Source: Clostridia bacterium (GTDB lineage Bacteria > Bacillota > Clostridia > Oscillospirales > Acutalibacteraceae). From it: a stretch of 24,000 bases of DNA. How positions within the stretch are numbered: position 1 is the first letter of the stretch; the number at the start of each line of letters is the position of its first letter. Under the pieces are notes generated by a model, which was given only the letters and a program-made list of their open reading frames with translations, did not search any database and was not told the origin of the DNA. The stretch lies in the NCBI GenBank assembly GCA_017416485.1, contig JAFQCH010000005.1, positions 10,031 to 34,030 of the forward strand, given 5' to 3'. Below are positions 1 to 8,900 of this stretch, piece by piece. A program made the translations under genes and the position numbers.

Positions 1-603
1 GCATTCCTTAACGACTGTTTCGTAGTCGCCGTAAATGCCCATTTTTGCCTGTGCGTAGTCTGACCAGAAGGTGTTGACATGGCAGTCGTTGATGGGGGTG
101 GCCCCGTTTGCTTCTGCGGCGGTGGTAACTTCAAGCATGCCTCTGCCGTCTCTGCCGACACCGTTCAGAATTTCAGTTCTTCGTTCGCTTGTAAGCACAA
201 CAGGATCTTTCATTTCAGTGCGGTCAAATTTAACGGCTCTGTACAAAGGCACCATCTGCGGCACTTCATCCCATTGTGCGCCGAGCACGGCATGGTCGCT
301 GATGGCAAGAATGTCAAAGCCGAGTCTGTAATGTTCTTCCACACTTTCGGCAATGCTCGGTGCACCGTCGCTGGCATTCGTGTGGGAATGCAGGGAGGCT
401 TTGTATTGTCCCCATGTGTCCCAATTCACATTTTCATAAGGATTGCCGAATGTGTAGTCGCGGTCTTCATTATCTGTAAGATATGTCACCGTGACATTTT
501 CAAAGTCCGTGTTCACCTGTATTGCCTGCACGGGAAGCGCCGCAGTCAGCAGCAACAAAAGGCACAAAAACAGACTTAAGATTTTTTTGCAGTTTCTTTT
601 CAT
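1..603 (-). CDS. Secreted PHP-domain (CehA/McbA-like) metal-dependent hydrolase, N-terminal 201 codons; the 3' end lies beyond the left window edge
   Basis: Absent from the ORF track because it runs off the edge. My reverse-complement translation from the ATG (rc of 601-603) stays open to position 1. It reads MKRNCKKILSLFLCLLLLLTAALPVQA (signal peptide), then ...WGQYKASLHSHTNASDGAPSIAESVEEHYRLGFDILAISDHA, which carries the PHP H-x-H and DH motifs. A GGAG lies about 8 nt upstream of the ATG. Confidence 0.6.
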   Translation of the reverse strand, partial: MKRNCKKILSLFLCLLLLLTAALPVQAIQVNTDFENVTVTYLTDNEDRDYTFGNPYENVNWDTWGQYKASLHSHTNASDGAPSIAESVEEHYRLGFDILAISDHAVLGAQWDEVPQMVPLYRAVKFDRTEMKDPVVLTSERRTEILNGVGRDGRGMLEVTTAAEANGATPINDCHVNTFWSDYAQAKMGIYGDYETVVKEC

Positions 604-632
604 TTCTTTCCAACTCCTGTTCTTCAATATAT

Positions 633-664
633 AAAAGGTCTGTTTTGCGCAAAACAGACCTTTT
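633..664. terminator. Rho-independent terminator hairpin downstream of the CapD-like gene
   Basis: Perfect inverted repeat AAAAGGTCTGTTTT-GCGC-AAAACAGACCTTTT. A/T runs flank it on both sides, and it starts 9 nt after the stop of the minus-strand gene ending at 673. Confidence 0.6.
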
Positions 665-672
665 AGGCATGG

Positions 673-2580
673 TTATTCTGATTTTTTCATTTCTTCCGAT
701 TCTTCCGCGTTGCGGTTGATTTCTTCGGGATCGCAATAGGTTTTAACCACTTTTTTGAGCGCAAGGCGCACAGCATCACTGTCACCGTTGTTTTCGGCAA
801 CCGAAACTGCCTGTTGCAACAGTTGAAGATTTGCGTTCATTTCTTCACGGGTAAGCGGTGTGTCATGCTCAATGAAAATCATGTCATTGTCGGTTTTGGT
901 CAGGTTCTCGTCTTTGATGAGCAGTTCTTCATACAGCTTTTCACCGGGGCGAAGGCCGACTTCCACAATGTCAATGTCTTCATACGGGCGCAGACCGCTT
1001 AAGCGGATCATGTTTTCCGCAAGATCCAAAATCTTGACGGGCTTTCCCATGTTCAGTACAAACAGATCGCCGCTGTTTGCCATGGCACCTGCCAGCATAA
1101 CAAGCTGAGAGGCCTCGGGAATGGTCATAAAGTAGCGGATGATGCGCTTATCGGTCAGGGTAATGGGACCGCCTTTTTCAATTTGCTTGCGGAACAGCGG
1201 AATGACCGAACCGTTGGAGCCGAGCACATTGCCGAAACGCACCGCCGCAAAAGAGGTCGCAGAATCGGTTCTGCACTGAATCACCATCTCGCACACACGC
1301 TTGCTCGCCCCCATCACATTGGTGGGGTTGACAGCCTTGTCTGTGGAAATAAGAATAAACTTTTTGACGGCGTGCTTTTCTGCCATGTCTGCGGTGTTTG
1401 CCGTGCCGATGCAGTTGTTTTTAATGGCTTCGCAGTTGCTTTGCTCCATCAGCGGCACATGCTTGTGTGCAGCAGCATGAAAGACGATATCGGGTTTATA
1501 GGTGGCAAAAACAGTGTCAAGTCTTGCGCGGTCACGCACGGAGCCGATCTCTACCGCAAGGGGCAGCTTGTCGCCGTGTTTTCGAATCAATTCCTGCTGA
1601 ATATCGTAAGCATTGTTTTCGTAAATATCAAAAATAACAAGTTTTTTCGGGCCGAGTTTTGCAATCTGACGGCAGATTTCACTGCCGATGGAGCCGCAAC
1701 CCGTCACAAGAATGCACTTATCTTTGTAATATTGTTCACTGCGTTCGTTGTTGATTTTCATGCTGTCGCGGAACAGCAGGTCTTCAATATGCAGTTCGCG
1801 CAGCACACGCTTGTTTTCACCGTTTTCATCTGCACTGGTTTTAACAGGGAAGTCATACATTTTGACCTTGCACCCTGTTTGCGAATAAAAGCTGTGCAGT
1901 TTTGCCGCCATCGCATTGTCAATGTTCGGCAGGGCAATAAAGATTTCCTGCACGGGCAGGGTTTTAATCAGTTCAATGGTTTTTTCGTTTTCGGCATACA
2001 CTTTCAGTCCCGACATTCTGCCGCCGATTTTTTCGTTGTTGGTGTCAATAAAGCAGATCGGACGGTAGTGGGAAGAGGGATTGTAAAGCAGTTCTTCGGC
2101 AAGAAGCGAGCCGATCTGCCCGGCGCCGACAATGGCAACACCGATTTTGTTCAGATCTGTGATGCTCACATTCAGGTGGCGGTAATATTGCTGGTATGCA
2201 AATCGGGAAGTCAAGGTCAGCACGTCAAACAATGCAACCACCGAAGCCGATTGCCAGATGCCGAAATAGGTTTGCAACTGTGCATTGAGCGAATAGGTGA
2301 TGAACAATGCCGCAATGCCGCCGATGCTGTCGGCAATCACCATCTGCAAATAGGCTTTGGAGTTTGCATAGCGCCACACGTTGGAATAAACGCGGATAAT
2401 AACGCGGCTTGCAATCAGGCACACCAGGAAGACGGTCAGATTCAGCATGTAGCCTTCGCGGTTGATTGCAATGCTCGACGAGGAGTGCATGGCTATGAAT
2501 GCGATGGCGATATACACACCGAAAAAACAGCCGATATCGATCATCAGCAACAGCCATTTGCGCTTGTTTTTAATATCCAT
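673..2580 (-). CDS. capD: Membrane-anchored polysaccharide biosynthesis protein, CapD/PglF/WbpM-type UDP-sugar 4,6-dehydratase
   Basis: 635-aa ORF with N-terminal transmembrane helices. It has two Rossmann glycine motifs (VGAGQIGS, VTGCGSIGSE) and CapD-family blocks such as FHAAAHKHVPLME, ISTDKAVNPTNVMGASKR and RFGNVLGSNGSV. Confidence 0.85.
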   Translation of the reverse strand: MDIKNKRKWLLLMIDIGCFFGVYIAIAFIAMHSSSSIAINREGYMLNLTVFLVCLIASRVIIRVYSNVWRYANSKAYLQMVIADSIGGIAALFITYSLNAQLQTYFGIWQSASVVALFDVLTLTSRFAYQQYYRHLNVSITDLNKIGVAIVGAGQIGSLLAEELLYNPSSHYRPICFIDTNNEKIGGRMSGLKVYAENEKTIELIKTLPVQEIFIALPNIDNAMAAKLHSFYSQTGCKVKMYDFPVKTSADENGENKRVLRELHIEDLLFRDSMKINNERSEQYYKDKCILVTGCGSIGSEICRQIAKLGPKKLVIFDIYENNAYDIQQELIRKHGDKLPLAVEIGSVRDRARLDTVFATYKPDIVFHAAAHKHVPLMEQSNCEAIKNNCIGTANTADMAEKHAVKKFILISTDKAVNPTNVMGASKRVCEMVIQCRTDSATSFAAVRFGNVLGSNGSVIPLFRKQIEKGGPITLTDKRIIRYFMTIPEASQLVMLAGAMANSGDLFVLNMGKPVKILDLAENMIRLSGLRPYEDIDIVEVGLRPGEKLYEELLIKDENLTKTDNDMIFIEHDTPLTREEMNANLQLLQQAVSVAENNGDSDAVRLALKKVVKTYCDPEEINRNAEESEEMKKSE

Positions 2581-2590
2581 AGTTCAAAAA

Positions 2591-3202
2591 TTATCCTTTG
2601 TTGATTTCGTTTTTGCCCGTGTCGCCTTCCACAACACCCTTGCTGAACAAAACGGCGGTTACGGTGCCGATGAGGCATTTGATGTCAAACAACAGGCTGA
2701 TCTTTTTTGTGTATTCGCCGTCAAGCCCTGCTTTTACGGGAATGGGGAGTTCATCTCTGCCGTTGATCTGTGCCCAACCTGTAAGGCCGGGACGAAGATC
2801 GTTTGCACCGTACTTGTCGCGTTCTTCAATCAAATCAAACTGATTCCACAGCGCAGGGCGCGGACCGATGACGGACATTTCGCCTTTGAATATGTTGAAC
2901 AGCTGCGGCAGTTCGTCAAGACTTGTCTTGCGCAGGAATTTGCCCGTGCGTGTGATGTAGCGCATCGGATCTGACAGCTGATCGGTCGGCGTGTCATGCG
3001 GTGCATCCGTGCGCATGGTGCGGAATTTGTAAATCATAAAATGCTTTTTGCCTTTGCCCACTCGTTTCTGTTTAAAAAAAACAGGGCCGGGGCTGTCGGT
3101 TTTAATGAGAATTGCAAGCAGTGCAAGCACGGGAGACAGCACAAGAATGCCCAGTCCCGAAGAAAGAATATCAAAAAAACGTTTTACAAGTCGGTTATAC
3201 AT
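2591..3202 (-). CDS. Initiating sugar phosphotransferase (bacterial sugar transferase family, small PglC/WbaP-C-terminal type)
   Basis: Family motifs are present: [29 protein letters not shown] and GLTGWAQ. I moved the start to [11 protein letters not shown] (ATG at rc 3200-3202), which has a GAGGAG RBS just upstream. The track start at 3268 adds 22 residues with no RBS. Confidence 0.85.
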   Translation of the reverse strand: MYNRLVKRFFDILSSGLGILVLSPVLALLAILIKTDSPGPVFFKQKRVGKGKKHFMIYKFRTMRTDAPHDTPTDQLSDPMRYITRTGKFLRKTSLDELPQLFNIFKGEMSVIGPRPALWNQFDLIEERDKYGANDLRPGLTGWAQINGRDELPIPVKAGLDGEYTKKISLLFDIKCLIGTVTAVLFSKGVVEGDTGKNEINKG

Positions 3203-3304
3203 GATTATTCTCCTCATCACACAATTAAAATAATTATACAGGACTGCGCAAAAATTGTCAATATCCATAATATTTTATCCTTCATGCACATTACTAATAT
3301 ATGA

Positions 3305-3333
3305 TTGAAATTTTTCTTCATGTATGGTACTAT
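3305..3333 (+). promoter_or_regulatory. Sigma-A type promoter for the serine hydrolase gene
   Basis: TTGAAA (3305-3310), a 17-nt spacer, then TACTAT (3328-3333) with a TG at 3325-3326 (extended -10). This places the transcription start downstream of the track ATG at 3324. Confidence 0.45.
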
Positions 3334-3362
3334 TTTTACAAATCGTTCAAAGGAGTGTTTTT

Positions 3363-4508
3363 GTGCTGTTTTTTTCAAAAAAGGATAAATTACCCCGCCG
3401 TATCGACAAAATGTTTGAAAAACTGCTTGCCGATCAAAAAATCGGCAATGCCGCCGTGTCTGTGATTCGCAACGGACAGGTTTTGTGCCGTGCATTTTAC
3501 GGCACCGTTCAATTGGGCGGCGAAGCAAAACCCGATGCAAACACCCTGTTCCGGCTGGCATCCATGACCAAGCCTGTTATCGGTGTGGCGGCGATGATGC
3601 AGGTCGAAAGAGGTCTTCTTGCCCTCGATGCACCAATCAGTATGTATCTTCCCGCATTTGCGCAAATGTATATCGGCAAAGAAGAAAACGGACAAATTGT
3701 TCCTGTTGAAAAGGCAAAAACAGCAATTACCGTTCGTCACTTATTAACCCATACAAGCGGCATCGGCAGCGGTGCATTCAGCGAATTGCAATGCAGGCAA
3801 ATGCCTGTTGAGGCACAAACCGAACTCAAACATGCAGTCGATTATTATGCCTCCATCCCCATTTTGTTTGAACCCGGCACAAGAACGGAATACAGCGGTC
3901 TGTTCGGATTCGACATCCTTGCACATCTGGTTGAAGTGACAAGCGGAAAATCCATTGCAGACTTCCTGCAGAAAAATCTGTTTTTGCCGTTGGGAATGCA
4001 AGATACCACCTTTGACCCCGATGAAGAACAAAAAAGCAGATTTGTTTTTCTGCATGACAGCAAAAACGGCGTTGTAACGGACGCAAGTCCCGCCAACGGA
4101 GACGTGTTCGGCGGCATTCCGAACAGCCGTTGCGGCGGTGGCGGCAGCCTTGCAAGCTCCCTTGCCGATTATGAAAAATTTGCACAGATGCTGCTTTATG
4201 AGGGAACCTTCAACGGTGTGACCATTCTGCAAAAAGAAACCGTTCGCCAAATGAAAACCGCACAGGTGTCCGAACAAATCATGCCCGGTTCGCAAAAATG
4301 GGGACTTTCCATGCGTGTGATCACAAATAAAAAATATCCGCATCTGCCGGTCGGTTGTTTCGGCTGGAGTGGTGCCTACGGAACGCATTTCTGGGTCGAT
4401 CCCGAAAACGGCATCACGGCCATTCTGCTGCGCAATTCCCTTATTGACGGCGGTGCAGGTGCAAAAACCGCCAATGAATTTGAAAAACTTGTTTATGCGA
4501 CCATATGA
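3363..4508 (+). CDS. Serine hydrolase of the beta-lactamase class C / penicillin-binding-protein-related family
   Basis: Has the S-x-x-K motif (ASMTKP), a YSG motif (TEYSGLFGF) and a C-terminal GWSGAYGT box. The start is set at the in-frame GTG 3363, 7 nt after AGGAG (3351-3355). ATG 3411 (MFEKLL) is an alternative start. The track start 3324 lies inside the predicted promoter. Confidence 0.8.
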   Translation: MLFFSKKDKLPRRIDKMFEKLLADQKIGNAAVSVIRNGQVLCRAFYGTVQLGGEAKPDANTLFRLASMTKPVIGVAAMMQVERGLLALDAPISMYLPAFAQMYIGKEENGQIVPVEKAKTAITVRHLLTHTSGIGSGAFSELQCRQMPVEAQTELKHAVDYYASIPILFEPGTRTEYSGLFGFDILAHLVEVTSGKSIADFLQKNLFLPLGMQDTTFDPDEEQKSRFVFLHDSKNGVVTDASPANGDVFGGIPNSRCGGGGSLASSLADYEKFAQMLLYEGTFNGVTILQKETVRQMKTAQVSEQIMPGSQKWGLSMRVITNKKYPHLPVGCFGWSGAYGTHFWVDPENGITAILLRNSLIDGGAGAKTANEFEKLVYATI

Positions 4509-4512
4509 TAAA

Positions 4513-4543
4513 ATCCCGGCCAAACGGTCGGGATCATTTTTTT
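4513..4543 (+). terminator. Rho-independent terminator after the serine hydrolase gene
   Basis: ATCCCGGCC-AAAC-GGTCGGGAT forms a 9-bp stem with one G-T pair. It is followed by CATTTTTTT. Confidence 0.6.
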
Positions 4544-5213
4544 AATAGTCCTTTTCGGGCATCTTTTTTGCGGCAGTTCCGCAGTAATAGGCATATACAA
4601 CCAATCCGAGGAAAGAAGTAATAAACATAACAAGCGATATCTCATTGTTGATGCCCGCAACGGTGTTGCAAATATGAAGCACTTGCTCTGCAATGTCCGT
4701 ATACTGTTCCAACAAAGGTAATATTACTTTCTCCGTAATTCGCAAAATGTTCCACAATACCGACAATCCGAAAAGCCCTGCGGCAAAATACTGTATTTTG
4801 CTGCGCAATTGCTTTGAAAAATACAGCCCATACAATCCGCAGACCGTCGGCAGAGAAACAATCGTTGCAACCGCAACCACAAACGGATGGCTGTGAATGT
4901 CGATGTTCATGGTAAAATGCAGCACCTGTGCCGCAATCAGATACATCAGATCGATCACCAGCACCACCTGAATGGTTGCCAGTAAATTCTTGCCTGTTCT
5001 CAATTTTTTTATGGAGGCTCCTGCCGTACCCGTTGCCCGCAACAAAAGCAGAATTGCGCCGAGGGTCAGCAGGTAATTGAACGCATCTGCAAAATGGGGG
5101 AGTTGGTCGGGGCGTGTCTGCAAAAAGTAAGATACAATACGCGATAAAAAAATGCAAATCAGCGCCGCACAGCCGTAAATGGAAGACCAGAAAGAAAGCC
5201 GCAAATCCCGCAT
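4542..5213 (-). CDS. Hypothetical polytopic membrane protein
   Basis: 223-aa ORF with about six hydrophobic helices. I recognise no family motif. The coding call rests on ORF length, hydrophobic periodicity and its fit between neighbouring genes. Confidence 0.55.
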   Translation of the reverse strand: MRDLRLSFWSSIYGCAALICIFLSRIVSYFLQTRPDQLPHFADAFNYLLTLGAILLLLRATGTAGASIKKLRTGKNLLATIQVVLVIDLMYLIAAQVLHFTMNIDIHSHPFVVAVATIVSLPTVCGLYGLYFSKQLRSKIQYFAAGLFGLSVLWNILRITEKVILPLLEQYTDIAEQVLHICNTVAGINNEISLVMFITSFLGLVVYAYYCGTAAKKMPEKDY

Positions 5214-5283
5214 GATTTCTTAATTCCTTTCGTTTCATTCCTTTTCATTTTAATATGCTTTGCACGCAATTGCAAGCACCATT

Positions 5284-5577
5284 TTATCTGCCCAATAAAG
5301 AACCGAGCAGCTTGCCTTTTTCTTTTTCGCAGGGTTGCGGCTGTGTGTCGCACCGAACAAGCACCGTCGCTTCGCCGATCACCTGCACACAATCCCACGG
5401 AACAACCACCGTGCGGCTTTTCTTTTTGAAAGAGAAGCCGTAATCCGGCTCCACAAGCAAGGCAAGTATGCAGGCATTGCTTGTGTCCATATTGATGTCC
5501 CGCACGAAGCCTATGCGACTGCCGTTGCACACATTGATAACATCTTTACGGCACAGCGATTCCATATTGCACATCAT
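5284..5577 (-). CDS. ylmC: YlmC/YmxH-family sporulation protein (PRC-barrel)
   Basis: 97 aa. L-x-x-K-D-VINV-x-NG-x-RIG-x-V-x-DI ... VVPW ... V-x-x-IGE-x-x-VLV matches the YlmC/YmxH pattern. A GAGGTG RBS lies 7 nt upstream of the ATG at rc 5575-5577. Confidence 0.75.
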   Translation of the reverse strand: MMCNMESLCRKDVINVCNGSRIGFVRDINMDTSNACILALLVEPDYGFSFKKKSRTVVVPWDCVQVIGEATVLVRCDTQPQPCEKEKGKLLGSLLGR

Positions 5578-5749
5578 TTTTCATCACCTCATGCACCGGG
5601 TTTACTATCATTCTATGCACCGCATTTTGTCCGTTTTCCGTAAAGTATGAAACAAGGGTAAATGTTAAACAGTCAATCAAACTTGCAGTATGAAATATGT
5701 AAAGTACAAAGAATGGTACTTTGTGTGTTATTGTTTGGTAAATTTTTAG

Positions 5750-5778
5750 TTGAAAATGCTGAATTTGTGTGATATATT
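5750..5778 (+). promoter_or_regulatory. Candidate distal cas9 promoter
   Basis: TTGAAA (5750-5755), a 17-nt spacer, then TATATT (5773-5778). The only downstream plus-strand gene is cas9 (ATG 5974). A transcript from here would cross the tracrRNA locus in antisense. Confidence 0.4.
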
Positions 5779-5801
5779 TTCAGTATAGGTTGTGAATTTA
5801 C

Positions 5802-5920
5802 AAAAAAATAAGACCTGCCAAAAGCAGGTCTGGCTCACACACTGTGAGGTCACTTGCGTGACGGGTTGAATGAATTTTTATTTGAACGTGTAGTGTAATC
5901 TCTAAGGTAGTGTTGAGATT
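5802..5920 (-). ncRNA. tracrRNA: tracrRNA (anti-repeat plus three 3' hairpins, the last an intrinsic terminator)
   Basis: The minus strand reads AAUCUCAACA-CUACCUUAGAGAUUACACUACACGUUCAAAU-AAAAAUUCAUUCAACCC-GUCACGCAAGUGAC-CUCACAGUGUGUGAG-CC-AGACCUGCUUUUGGCAGGUCU-UAUUUUUUU. The anti-repeat (plus coordinates about 5880-5910) pairs with repeat nt 1-30: UUUGA with UCAAA, UAGUGUAAU with AUUACACUA, and UAAGGUAG with CUACCUUA, interrupted by two internal bulges. The ends are estimated from the promoter and the T-run. Confidence 0.75.
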
Positions 5921-5926
5921 GACTTA

Positions 5927-5955
5927 ATGGTAACACAATTATTTTCAAATGTCAA
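5927..5955 (-). promoter_or_regulatory. tracrRNA promoter
   Basis: The minus strand has TTGACA (rc of 5950-5955), a 17-nt spacer, then TACCAT (rc of 5927-5932) preceded by TGT (extended -10). The predicted start is near 5920. The -35 element lies only about 20 nt from the cas9 start codon. Confidence 0.5.
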
Positions 5956-5973
5956 TAGGCAGGAGGTAAAATA

Positions 5974-8900
5974 ATGAAAGAATATTACATCGGATTGGAT
6001 GTCGGTACAGATTCAATTGGTTGGGCTGTTACAGATACCAACTATGAATTGCTGAAATTCAAGGGTAATGCGACATGGGGAATCCGTCTGCTTGAAGAAA
6101 GCAATACGGCGGATGAACGTCGTGCATTCCGAACTGCACGCAGAAGAACGCAGCGCAGTAAATTCAGATTGCAGTGTCTTGAAATGCTGTTCAATGAAGA
6201 AATAGCAAAGGTTGATATAGCGTTTTTTCAACGCTTACATGATAGCAGTTTTTTGATGGAGGATAAGACCGTTACAGGGAAATATTCTCTGTTTTATGAT
6301 GCGGATTATACGGATGCCGATTATCACAAAGCGTATCCGACGATTTATCATTTACGAAGGGAATTGATTGACAATCCGCAGCCGCATGATGTACGCCTTG
6401 TTTATCTTGCATTGGCGCATATTATTAAGCACAGAGGCCATTTTCTGTTTGATTCCGACACATTGGGTGCAGACGGTATGCCCGTGTTTGCCGAAGTATG
6501 GAATGAATTATGTGTGTATTTGCAGGAAGAAACAGAGGTGCAGTTTGCCTGTGTTGACACAGAAGAATTGCAGAATATTCTGAAAAGCAAAAAAATAAGC
6601 ATCACAAAAAAGAAAGAAGCCTTGGCAAAACTGTTTTCCGTGACAAAAAAGAATGAACCGCAGTATTCTGTTCTTTCGCTTTTGGCGGGGGCGACCGTAA
6701 ATACTGCAGTTTTGTTTGGTGATGATGAACTGAAAAATTCCGAAGTGCCGAAACTTGTGTTTAATAACGGATTTGATGAAAAGGCTGCGGATTACGAAGC
6801 AGCACTTGGTGAACGGTTTGCATTGATAGAACGATTGAAGGCTGTTTATGATTGGGCGGTTCTTGCAGATGTGTTGCAGGGCAAAAGCTTTTTGTCTTAT
6901 GCAAAGTGTGAAACATATGAAAAACACGCAAGCGACCTGCGATTGCTGAAATCATATGTAAAAACCTATGTTCCGAATAGATACAAGGAAATATTCAACA
7001 CCAATAAAAAAGGTCTGAATAACTATCTTGCTTATTCCGGTCATGACAGCAAAAACAGTGTCGAGTCGCATTGTTCACAAGCGGATTTTCTTGATTATCT
7101 GAAAAAGCAATTGCCTTCTGAACCTGCTGAAGAAAAGTACAGCGGATTGTATGAAGATATACGCAACGGAGTTCTTTTGCCGAAAGCGGTGACAAAGGAC
7201 AATTCCGTTATTCCTATGCAGATTCATTTTGCAGAACTAAAGAAGATTCTGCAAAATGCATCCGTTTATCTGCCGTTTTTGTCTGCGCAGGATGAAAACG
7301 GCAAAACGGTCGCTGAAAAAATCACAGACATTTTCACTTTCCGTATACCGTATTATGTAGGACCTCTGAATCCTCATAGCGACAAAGCATGGCTTGTCAG
7401 AAAAGAAGGCAAGATATATCCCTGGAATTTTACCGAAATTGTCGATGTTGACCGCAGTGCAGAAAAATTTATCGAAAATCTGACATCCAAATGCACTTAC
7501 CTGCCCCGCGAGGATGTTTTGCCGAAAAATTCGATTTTGTACAGCGTTTTTGCGGTGCTGAACGAATTGAACAACCTGAAACTGGACGGTGAAGCCGTTT
7601 CGGTTGCGTTGAAACAGCAGATTTATAATGATTTGTTTGTTGCAAGAAGCAAGGTCACGCAAAAAGCACTCAAAGCATATCTGAAAAAACACGGCTACGG
7701 TGATGTTGAAATAACAGGTATTGACGGCGACTTTAAAAACACTCTCAAACCCTTGCAGGATTTAGCAGTGTTTGATTTGACTGCCGTTGAAAAGGAAGAA
7801 ATCATCCGCGCGATTACCATTTTCGGGGATGATAAAAAACTGCTCAAAAAGCGCATCACTGCCTTGTTCGGCAAAAAACTGACACAGGAGCAGATCAACC
7901 GCATCTGCAAACTGAAATATAGCGGTTGGGGAAGACTTTCCCGGAAACTTCTGCTCAGTTTGTCTGCTGTCTGCAAAGAAACGGGCGAAGTGGATACCAT
8001 TATCGGATTTATGTGGAGCACGAATTGTAACCTCATGCAACTGCTGAGTCAGAATTATGAATTCAACGAAGCAATCAAGACTGAAAACGGTGACATGGGA
8101 TTTACGAGTCTGCGTGATGAGGTTGAAAATCTTTATGTTTCCCCCAAAGTAAAGCGCCCTATTTATCAGACCATGCAGATTGTGGAAGAACTTGTGAAAA
8201 TCTTCGGACATGAACCGAAAAAGATTTTCGTGGAGGTCGCAAGGGGAGAAGGCGAGAAAAAACGCACCGTTTCCCGAAAGGATAAACTGCTTGAAATATA
8301 TAAAGGCTGCAAAAAAGGCAATGAAGAGCTGTTTGCGGCTTTGAATAATTACGACAATAACGAGTTTCGCCGCGATGCCTTGTATCTGTATTTCACGCAG
8401 ATGGGAAGATGTATGTATACGGGTGAAGTCATTCCCGTGGATGCTATTTTTGACCGCAACCTGTATGACATTGATCACATTTTCCCGCAATCCAAAATCA
8501 AGGACGACAGTCTTGACAACCGTGTGTTGGTCAAGAAAACGGTCAATGAAGAAAAAACAAACATCTATCCGATTGCATCTTCCATCCGCAACGACAGAAA
8601 AGACTTCTGGAAAATGTTGTTGGAAAAAGGGCTGATTTCAAAAACCAAATTTGATCGGCTGACCCGAAACAACCCGCTTTCGGATGACGAATTGTCTGCA
8701 TTCATCAGCCGGCAGCTGGTGGAAACAAGGCAATCCACAAAAGCCATAGCCCAATTGCTCGACAAACGCTATGCTGCTTCAGATATTGTTTATGTAAAAG
8801 CAGGACTTGTGTCTGAATTCCGTCAGAAATATAAGTTCGTCAAATCCCGTCTTGTCAATGACCATCACCATGCAAAGGATGCTTACCTGAATATTGTTGT

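Noticed and set aside
79-579. 166-aa plus-strand ORF at the left edge
   Set aside because: The minus strand here carries an open frame with a signal peptide, PHP motifs and a good RBS. The plus-strand ORF has none of these.
1183-2604. 473-aa plus-strand ORF antisense to the CapD-like gene
   Set aside because: It is a shadow ORF. The opposite strand encodes a protein with unambiguous CapD motifs, and this translation is Arg/His/Cys-rich nonsense.
3203-3268. Longer N-terminal extensions offered by the ORF track (3268 for the sugar transferase, 3324 for the serine hydrolase, 16401 for rnfC, 16198 for GH127, 19844 for rnfE, 21145 for rnfB)
   Set aside because: In each case an internal start codon has a properly spaced GGAG-type RBS. 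The extended start either lacks one, lies within the RBS itself, or lies inside the predicted promoter.
5257-5279. Imperfect palindrome TGCTTTGCA-CGCAAT-TGCAAGCA between ylmC and the membrane-protein gene, considered as a terminator or operator
   Set aside because: The stem is short and imperfect, and no T-run follows it on the minus strand. That is not enough evidence to call a feature.
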